Below are positions 57,680 to 64,000 of a DNA stretch of 64,000 bases, piece after piece. A program made the translations under genes and the position numbers. Below the pieces are notes generated by a model that was given only the letters and a program-made list of their open reading frames with translations, made no database searches and was not told where the DNA came from. The stretch lies in the sequence record SRR2962707_1082, one strand, 5' to 3'. The number at the start of each line of letters is the position of its first letter. The stretch's first letter is position 1.

Positions 57680-58441
57680 TTAGGACAACGTATCGTAAAG
57701 CAATTTGCTGGCGAGCAGCAGGCATGTGCAAATCAGCAGCGGCTTGATGAAGCCAGCGCCTTTTTTCATGGCAACATGAGAGCCAAGTTGCGCGCCCGCG
57801 ATTTGGCTTGCGCCCATCAAAAGGCCGATTTTCCACATAACGGCACCGCCAGCGGCAAAGACGAGGAAGCCGCCCACATTTGAGGCGAAGTTTAATAGCT
57901 TGGTGTGGGCAGTTGCTTTTAAAACGCCATAACCACCCAACGCGACAAAGGCGATCATGAAGAATGAGCCCGTGCCTGGGCCGAAAAAACCATCATAAAA
58001 GCCGATAATTGGTACGATGATGGCGGTAAAAACCAAAGGCGTGATGCGTTGCGCCTTGTCCAAATCATCAAGGCCAGGTTTGAGCCAGAAAAACAGCGCA
58101 ATCGCGATCAAAAGAAATGGCAAGAAAACGCGAATATTATCCGATGGAATGTTGGAAATAAGAATGGCGCCAAGCGCGCTACCCCCAGCCGATATGAGCG
58201 CGGGAATGATCTGCTTGCGCAAATTCACATGGCCTTTGCGGCTATAATTGATCGCCGCTGTCGCCGACCCAAATAAGGATTGTAACTTGTTAGTCGATAG
58301 CGCCTGAATGGGCGTGAAACCGGCAAGCAAGAAAACCGGCACGGTAATCAATCCGCCGCCGCCTGCAATGGAATCAACAAAGCCTGCAGCAAAGGCCGCG
58401 AGCATCAACAAAACAATAATTTCAGGACTGTCAAAAATCAT
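57680..58441 (-). CDS. TSUP/TauE (YfcA-like) membrane transporter
   Basis: AGFVDSIAGGGGLITVP, TNKLQ, GFYDGFFGPGTGSF and TKLLNFASN. Confidence 0.88.
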   Translation of the reverse strand: MIFDSPEIIVLLMLAAFAAGFVDSIAGGGGLITVPVFLLAGFTPIQALSTNKLQSLFGSATAAINYSRKGHVNLRKQIIPALISAGGSALGAILISNIPSDNIRVFLPFLLIAIALFFWLKPGLDDLDKAQRITPLVFTAIIVPIIGFYDGFFGPGTGSFFMIAFVALGGYGVLKATAHTKLLNFASNVGGFLVFAAGGAVMWKIGLLMGASQIAGAQLGSHVAMKKGAGFIKPLLICTCLLLASKLLYDTLS

Positions 58442-58539
58442 GCCAATTGCTTGATCATGAGACGGAGAAAACTGCAAGTGGCCTTATGCGCAAATTATAA
58501 AATAGGTCGCGAATGGGGCTAGGTTTGTCGTTTGAGCAA

Positions 58540-58568
58540 TTGACCGCGCCAGCGAGAATCTTTAGGTT
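58540..58568 (+). promoter_or_regulatory. sigma70-type promoter for the cbiX-cobH operon
   Basis: TTGACC-N17-TAGGTT, about 165 bp upstream of the first ORF. Confidence 0.5.
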
Positions 58569-58734
58569 CAATCTATTACCGGCAGTATCTTTCACGGATT
58601 TCATTTGGAAAGGTCAAAACGGGGTTCGAGACGGCTGACCCATATCGGGGGCAAGACGAACGCTGCCGTGCTGAACAGATGCTTTATGCGCTGTGCTGTT
58701 GGTGATGTATTAAATTATCAACAGGAACAAAACC

Positions 58735-58914
58735 ATGATCCGTACACTTATTGCCGCCCCCTTCGCCCTATTTGCATCTCAAGCGCTTGCCCACACTGGC
58801 CATATCGCTGCTGAAGGCGGCCATACGCATTTTATCGCTGTAGGCGCTGCTATTGTTGCGCTTGCAATTGTTGTTGGTGCGATCATTCGGGTGAAACGCT
58901 CAAACAATGTTTGA
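58735..58914 (+). CDS. 59-aa His-rich small membrane protein (signal peptide + H-x-G-H..H-x-H + TM helix), below the ORF-track cutoff
   Basis: AGGA RBS; MIRTLIAAPFALFASQALAHTGHIAAEGGHTHFIAVGAAIVALAIVVGAIIRVKRSNNV; stop overlaps cbiX start. Confidence 0.8.
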   Translation: MIRTLIAAPFALFASQALAHTGHIAAEGGHTHFIAVGAAIVALAIVVGAIIRVKRSNNV

Positions 58915-60091
58915 TAATCCCCCTGAAGGCACAAAATATGGCGTGATGATTTGCGGCCATGGTAGCCGCAATCAAAATGCCGTTGGTGAATTTGCCAAAT
59001 TGTCTGAGCGTATGCGCGAGCGTTTTCCGCAGGTGCCGGTTGATTATGGCTATTTGGAATTTGCCAATCCGGTTATCCATAAGGGTCTGGATGCGCTTAA
59101 AGCGCAGGGCGTGAACCATATTTTGGCCGTGCCGGGCATGTTGTTTGCTGGCGGTCATGCAAAAAATGACATTCCATCGGTGCTCAACACCTATCAAGCG
59201 CAAAACCGCGACATCACAGTGGATTATGGCCGTGAGCTTGGCATTGATCTGAAAATGATCCGTGCTGCCGCCGCGCGTATTACCGAAGCTTTGCAAGCCA
59301 ATGGCTGGAAAGAGGGCGATGCGCTGCATGACACAATGCTTGTTGTTGTTGGGCGCGGGGCTTCTGATCCTGATGCTAACTCCAATGTGGCAAAAGTGAT
59401 GCGGATGCTTTGGGAAGGCATGGGTTTTGGCTGGGCTGAAACGGCCTATTCCGGCGTTACATTTCCATTGGTGGAACCCGCGCTAAAACATGTGGCCAAA
59501 CTTGGTTACAAACGCATTGTCGTGTTCCCCTATTTTCTTTTCACCGGTGTATTGGTCAAACGTATTTATACGCAGACCGATGAGGTCGCCGTGCTTTTTC
59601 CAGACATTGAATTTATCAAAGCTGGTTATTTGAACGATCATGATTTGGTGATCGACACGATGGTTGAGCGTGTCAGCGAGATCCTTGAAGGCTCCAACAA
59701 TATGAACTGCCAAATGTGTAAGTACCGCGAGCAGGTACTTGGCTTTGAGGCAGAGGTTGGGCAGGCGCAAGAAAGCCATCACCATCATGTGGAAGGCGTT
59801 GGCGGCGCGCCGGCAAATTGTCCGTGTAAGGGCGATTGCGATGCTTCATGCCGCGACGAAGATTTTTGCAAATTGCATGGTCTGGAATGGACGCCGGTGC
59901 ATAGTCATGCGCCGCATGAGCAGCACGATCATGAACATGAACACAGCCATGATCACGATCACCCGCATACGCACGATCATGATCATACGCATGATCACGA
60001 CCACAATCATGGGCACCACCATCATCCCTATCCACAGGCCGATCATCCGCTTGGTCCAAAGAGTATGGAAAAGCCAAAGGCGCGTGGGTGA
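58907..60091 (+). CDS. cbiX: long-form CbiX sirohydrochlorin chelatase family protein with MNCxxC motif and His-rich tail
   Basis: CGHGSR, GYLEFA, GGHAKNDIP, GRGASDPDAN, PYFLFTG and MNCQMCKYR. Confidence 0.9.
   Translation: MFDNPPEGTKYGVMICGHGSRNQNAVGEFAKLSERMRERFPQVPVDYGYLEFANPVIHKGLDALKAQGVNHILAVPGMLFAGGHAKNDIPSVLNTYQAQNRDITVDYGRELGIDLKMIRAAAARITEALQANGWKEGDALHDTMLVVVGRGASDPDANSNVAKVMRMLWEGMGFGWAETAYSGVTFPLVEPALKHVAKLGYKRIVVFPYFLFTGVLVKRIYTQTDEVAVLFPDIEFIKAGYLNDHDLVIDTMVERVSEILEGSNNMNCQMCKYREQVLGFEAEVGQAQESHHHHVEGVGGAPANCPCKGDCDASCRDEDFCKLHGLEWTPVHSHAPHEQHDHEHEHSHDHDHPHTHDHDHTHDHDHNHGHHHHPYPQADHPLGPKSMEKPKARG
59899..60025 (+). repeat. low-complexity (CAY-GAY)n coding repeat giving the His/Asp-rich tail of CbiX
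   Basis: HSHAPHEQHDHEHEHSHDHDHPHTHDHDHTHDHDHNHGHHHH. Confidence 0.85.
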
Positions 60092-60741
60092 TAAGGGTGT
60101 CAGGCGCGCTCGACTATATTCGTGATCCGGCGGAGATTTATCGTCAATCCTTTGAAACGGTGAAAGCTGAGGCAAGTTTGTCTCGCTTTACCAATGGTAT
60201 GGACGATGTTGCTGTCAGATTGATTCATGCCTGTGGCATGGTCGATATCGTCGACGAGATCGAATTTAGTCAAAATGCATTGGGCGCAGGCAAGGCCGCT
60301 TTGGCGCTAGGCAAGCCCATCATTTGCGATGTGGAAATGGTACGGCATGGCATTATTGCGCGTCACATTACATCGGGCAGTCAGGTGCTGTGCGCGGTTG
60401 GCGAAGATAGCGTTCGCAGCCTTGCCGATGAAATGAGTAATACGCGCTCAGCGGCGGCGATGGATTATCTGGCCTCTCATTTTGATGGCGCTATCATCGT
60501 GATTGGCAATGCGCCAACGGCGCTGTTTCGCGTGCTCGAATTGATTGATCAAGGCGCGGTAAAGCCTGCTTTGATCATTGGGATGCCCGTTGGATTTGTC
60601 GGCGCGGCAGAAAGCAAAGAAGCGCTCATCGCGGACAGTCGCGGTGTTGATTTTATCGCGGTGCGTGGTCGGCGCGGGGGCAGCGCAATGGCTTCAGCGA
60701 CGGTCAACGCCATTGCCTCTGGCCTTAAAGGCGGTCTTTGA
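60088..60741 (+). CDS. cobH: precorrin-8X methylmutase
   Basis: IYRQSF, RLIHACG, TRSAAA, GNAPTALF, PVGFVGAAESK and RGRRGGSA. Confidence 0.95.
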   Translation: MIRVSGALDYIRDPAEIYRQSFETVKAEASLSRFTNGMDDVAVRLIHACGMVDIVDEIEFSQNALGAGKAALALGKPIICDVEMVRHGIIARHITSGSQVLCAVGEDSVRSLADEMSNTRSAAAMDYLASHFDGAIIVIGNAPTALFRVLELIDQGAVKPALIIGMPVGFVGAAESKEALIADSRGVDFIAVRGRRGGSAMASATVNAIASGLKGGL

Positions 60742-61958
60742 TGAGCAAAGTTTTAAAACATATGCCATGGCTCCATATCATCGGCATTGGCGAAGATGGT
60801 GTTGATGGCCTGTCGCCTTCAGCGCTTCATTTGCTCGAAAACGCTGATGTGATCATCGGCGGCAATCGCCATCATAATCTTGTGCCTTCTTCAAAGGCTC
60901 AACGCATCGCGTGGCCTTCACCATTTGATATGATGCTTGAGACCATCCAATCTTATCGCGGCAAAATGGTTGTTGTCTTGGTAACGGGCGATCCGCTTTG
61001 GTATTCGGTGGGTGCGCGTCTTGGCCGTGCGATTGATATTAACGAAATTGCTTATTATCCGCAGATTTCAGCCTTTCAATGGGCAGCTTGCCGCCTTGGC
61101 TGGTCTTTGGCTGATGTGGAAACCTTGACGATCCATGGTCGTTCTGCCGAGCAGATTGTGCCGAAAATTTATCCGAATGCGCGGCTGCTGATTTTGACAA
61201 AAGATCACACATCGCCGCGCGTGGTCGCTGATCTTTTGGCAGATCGAGGCTATGGCGCATCCAAACTTACAGTATTGGCCGCGCTGGGCGGTCCAAACGA
61301 AGAGCGTTTTGATGGCGTTGCTGAAACATGGGACATGCAAGTGCCTGATTTTCATACGCTTGCGGTTGAATGCGTTGCAGGGCCAGATGCGCAATTATTG
61401 CCGATGACGGGCTTGCCCGATGATGCGTTCATCCATGATGGCAAGATGACAAAACGGGCAGTGCGTGCCTTGGCTCTGGCCAAATTAATGCCGATGCGCG
61501 GCGCGCTGCTTTGGGATGTTGGCTGCGGCTGCGGGTCTATCGCTATTGAGTGGATGCGCGGCGCTCCAGAAGCGCGGGCCATTGGCTTGGATCATCAGGC
61601 AAGCCGCCGCGCCATGGCAGCGCAAAATGCACTGCAACTCGGCGTGCCAAAGCTTGAATTGCTTGACGCCAAAGCGCCGGAAGGTCTGGCTGGTTTGACG
61701 CAGCCCGATGCTGTTTTTATCGGCGGCGGGCTTTCCGACGAAACGATTGCCGCTTCAATGGAGGCGCTTAAACCGCATGGCCGCTTGGTCGCCCATGCCG
61801 TGACGCTTGAAAGCGAAGCGGTGCTGCTTAAAGCATATGCGGCTTATGGCGGCGAGATGCAGCGCATATCGGTTGAAACCGCTATTGAAGTTGGCCCGTT
61901 TCATGGCTGGAAACCATCGATGCCGGTGACGCAATGGGCATGGAGGAAACCGGCATGA
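60741..61958 (+). CDS. cobL: precorrin-6Y C5,15-methyltransferase (decarboxylating), CbiE+CbiT
   Basis: IIGIGEDG, TGDPLWY, DGKMTK, WDVGCGCGSIAIEW, DAVFIGGG and PVTQW. Confidence 0.95.
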   Translation: MSKVLKHMPWLHIIGIGEDGVDGLSPSALHLLENADVIIGGNRHHNLVPSSKAQRIAWPSPFDMMLETIQSYRGKMVVVLVTGDPLWYSVGARLGRAIDINEIAYYPQISAFQWAACRLGWSLADVETLTIHGRSAEQIVPKIYPNARLLILTKDHTSPRVVADLLADRGYGASKLTVLAALGGPNEERFDGVAETWDMQVPDFHTLAVECVAGPDAQLLPMTGLPDDAFIHDGKMTKRAVRALALAKLMPMRGALLWDVGCGCGSIAIEWMRGAPEARAIGLDHQASRRAMAAQNALQLGVPKLELLDAKAPEGLAGLTQPDAVFIGGGLSDETIAASMEALKPHGRLVAHAVTLESEAVLLKAYAAYGGEMQRISVETAIEVGPFHGWKPSMPVTQWAWRKPA

Positions 61959-62704
61959 GCGGCAAACTATACGGCGTTGGCGTTGGCCCTGGCGCACCTG
62001 ATCTCATGACGCTTCGCGCATTTCGGATTATCACAGACGCACCGGTGATTGCCTATCCTGCGCCTGATAGTGGCACGAGCTTTGCGCGGTCTATCGCAGC
62101 AGGCTGCATAAACGAAAAACATATTGAAATCCCGATTGTCGTGCCGATGCGTGTCGAGCGTTTTCCCGCTGCAGAAGTCTATGACAAAGCCTGCGTTGAG
62201 ATTACATCGCATTTGGACGCTGGGCGTGATGTAGCGGTTTTGTGCGAAGGCGATCCGTTCTTCTATGGTTCATTTATGTATGTTTATGAACGTCTTAGCG
62301 CTGCCTATGAATGCGAAATTGTGCCTGGTGTTTCGTCTATTATGACGGGCGCGGCGGTGAGCGGCATTCCCCTTGCGGCGCGCAATGATGTGCTGACCAT
62401 TATTCCTGGCCCCTTGGATGACGATGAAATGCGCACGCGTATTGATGCATCAGACGCGCTGGTGATCATGAAAGTTGGTCGTCATTTAGCGCGTATTAAA
62501 ACTTTGTTGGCGAGCATGGGCTTGCTTGATCGCGCTGTCTATTTGGAGCGGGTCAGCCTTCCCGAAGAGCGCAAAATGCGCCTGAAAGATTATGACGGCG
62601 ACAGCGCACCGTATTTTTCGATGATTACGATCTACAAGGGCGCAGAGCCTTGGATCGATCCGGCGACGATGCACACGCTTCTTAAAACAGATATTTCTCA
62701 ATGA
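61955..62704 (+). CDS. cobI: precorrin-2 C20-methyltransferase
   Basis: GKLYGVGVGPG, LCEGDPFFYGSF, VPGVSS, IMKVG and PYFS. Confidence 0.95.
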   Translation: MSGKLYGVGVGPGAPDLMTLRAFRIITDAPVIAYPAPDSGTSFARSIAAGCINEKHIEIPIVVPMRVERFPAAEVYDKACVEITSHLDAGRDVAVLCEGDPFFYGSFMYVYERLSAAYECEIVPGVSSIMTGAAVSGIPLAARNDVLTIIPGPLDDDEMRTRIDASDALVIMKVGRHLARIKTLLASMGLLDRAVYLERVSLPEERKMRLKDYDGDSAPYFSMITIYKGAEPWIDPATMHTLLKTDISQ

Positions 62705-62716
62705 TTGTGACGAACC

Positions 62717-64000
62717 ATGAATAATACCAATGCACCAGCGATTATCGTGCTCAATGCGGGCGCTCTGCCTATGGCGATGCGCATTGCCGACGAGGTTGGC
62801 GGCTTGATCCATGGCGCAGCAAAGCGCTTTACGGGCGAAAATATTATCGCGGTGGATGATCTGCGCGCCCATGTTCAAGCGCTGTTTCTCGCTAAAACGC
62901 CGATCATTGCGATTATGGCTTCTGGCGCGCTGATCCGTCTGCTTGCGCCGGTTTTGCTCGATAAGCATGATGAGCCGCCGGTGATTGCGATTGCCGATGA
63001 TGGTTCAAGCGTGGTGCCGTTGCTGGGCGGGCATCATGGTGCAAATACCATAGCGCGGCAGATCGCGGATCTTCTGGAAGCGCACGCAGCGATTACCACG
63101 GCGGGTGACATTAAGTTTGGTGTTGCGCTGGATAACCCGCCTGCGGGCTATGTTTTGGCCAATCCTGAAAATGCGAAAAATGTCATGGCGGCGCTGGTTG
63201 CTGGGCAAAAGGCGCAGCTTGCTGGCGCTGCTGATTGGCTAGGTTCCGTGCCGCAGGCCGATGATGGCTCTGTAATTTTAACGGTGAGCGAACAGCCGGT
63301 CACTGCTGGCGAATTTGAGCTTGTCTACCATCCTAAAACCATTGTTGTTGGCGTTGGCTGCGAGCGCAATTGCCCCGCAGATGAACTGATTGACTTGGTT
63401 GATGCGCAATTGGCTACGGCGCATCTTTCGCCGCTAAGCGTTGCCTGCGTCACCTCAATTGATGTGAAAGCCGATGAAGCAGCGGTTCACGCTGTTGCCG
63501 ATCATTTGGGCGTTCAAGCTCGGTTTTTTGATGCGCAAACCTTAGAAGCGCAAACGCCGCGCTTGGCTAATCCGTCTGATGTTGTGTTTGCGGAAGTGGG
63601 CTGTCACGGCGTTGCCGAAGGCTCAGCGCTTTCGGCAGTTGGTTCTGAGGGTTCACTGATTGCACCAAAGACGAAAACACGCGGCGCGACCTGCGCCATT
63701 GCGCGCGCGCCTCAACCCTTAACGGCGCTATCTGGCCGCACCCGTGGCCGCGTCTTCGTGGTCGGCATTGGCCCCGGCTCTGAAGGCTGGCGCTCGCCAG
63801 AGGTCAGCCGCATGGTGCTGCAATCGACAGATATTGTTGGCTATTCGCTCTATCTTGATCTGCTTGGCCCATTGGCCAATGGCAAAAAGCGCCATGATTT
63901 TGATCTAGGAAAGGAAGAAGACCGCGTGCGCCACGCCATGGAATTGGCGGGCGAGGGCAAAGATGTTGCGCTGGTCTGTTCAGGCGATGCAGGCATCTAT
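62717..64000 (+). CDS. cobJ: CbiG-CobJ fusion (precorrin-3B C17-methyltransferase with N-terminal CbiG domains), truncated by window end
   Basis: Translated manually from ATG 62717: ASGALIR..DKHDEPPV..PLLGGHHGAN (CbiG N), GVGCERN and GVAEGSAL (CbiG C), then VVGIGPG..DIVGYSLY..ALVCSGDAGIY (CobJ). Confidence 0.9.
   Translation, partial: MNNTNAPAIIVLNAGALPMAMRIADEVGGLIHGAAKRFTGENIIAVDDLRAHVQALFLAKTPIIAIMASGALIRLLAPVLLDKHDEPPVIAIADDGSSVVPLLGGHHGANTIARQIADLLEAHAAITTAGDIKFGVALDNPPAGYVLANPENAKNVMAALVAGQKAQLAGAADWLGSVPQADDGSVILTVSEQPVTAGEFELVYHPKTIVVGVGCERNCPADELIDLVDAQLATAHLSPLSVACVTSIDVKADEAAVHAVADHLGVQARFFDAQTLEAQTPRLANPSDVVFAEVGCHGVAEGSALSAVGSEGSLIAPKTKTRGATCAIARAPQPLTALSGRTRGRVFVVGIGPGSEGWRSPEVSRMVLQSTDIVGYSLYLDLLGPLANGKKRHDFDLGKEEDRVRHAMELAGEGKDVALVCSGDAGIY

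Noticed and set aside
58612-58661. SAM-SAH riboswitch
   Set aside because: Superficial GGTCA-AACGG..TGACC resemblance only; lacks the CUUCC loop pairing with the RBS and lies far from the start codon. Kept only as an unknown leader.
59673-60175. Alternative-frame ORFs over the cbiX tail
   Set aside because: Artefacts of the stop-free CAY/GAY low-complexity repeat
1-64000. CRISPR arrays, tRNA/rRNA, IS elements, prophage or defence systems
   Set aside because: No spaced repeat arrays, RNA gene signatures, transposase, integrase, phage or nuclease-like ORFs seen; coding space is accounted for by metabolic genes

Overview
Core-chromosome window from an alphaproteobacterium, most likely a marine member of the Rhizobiales judging by gene content and roughly 50% GC. 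I found no rRNA, tRNA, CRISPR array, transposase or integrase. From left to right: (1) 3' end of ilvC and housekeeping genes (aminotransferase, PhyH dioxygenase, NUDIX, guaD, MscS). (2) A 5-gene operon (8.0-13.8 kb) plus a nearby GT-C-like membrane protein. It looks like a PRPP-derived, polyprenyl-phosphate-linked amino-pentose pathway: HAD-UbiA DPPR synthase, DprE1-like oxidase, SMR flippase, epimerase and class III aminotransferase, with no DprE2. (3) A dispersed glycine-betaine/C1/split methionine synthase cluster (16-47 kb): GcvT-family dehydrogenase, GlxA-family regulator, RamA-like activator, methyl-THF:corrinoid methyltransferase, MetV/MetF, DUF1638, stand-alone corrinoid protein, non-pyrrolysine MttB, Bmt, frmA/fghA and a two-subunit formate dehydrogenase. 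It is interrupted by accessory genes, one of which is flanked by a duplicated corrinoid-gene 3' end. (4) A Pho-box-led plcP-btaA-btaB lipid-remodelling operon abutting bmt. (5) A candidate sRNA, then cobalamin biosynthesis: cobQ, a B12 riboswitch, cobP/U-W-N-O, an unannotated 59-aa His-rich protein, cbiX, cobH-L-I and cbiG-cobJ. The most notable inferences are the amino-pentose operon, Arg/Gly-rich tails shared by the partners of an acidic corrinoid protein, a possible PC-to-DGTS methyl-recycling loop, and several recurring operator motifs. All family assignments come from motif recognition, not from database searches.
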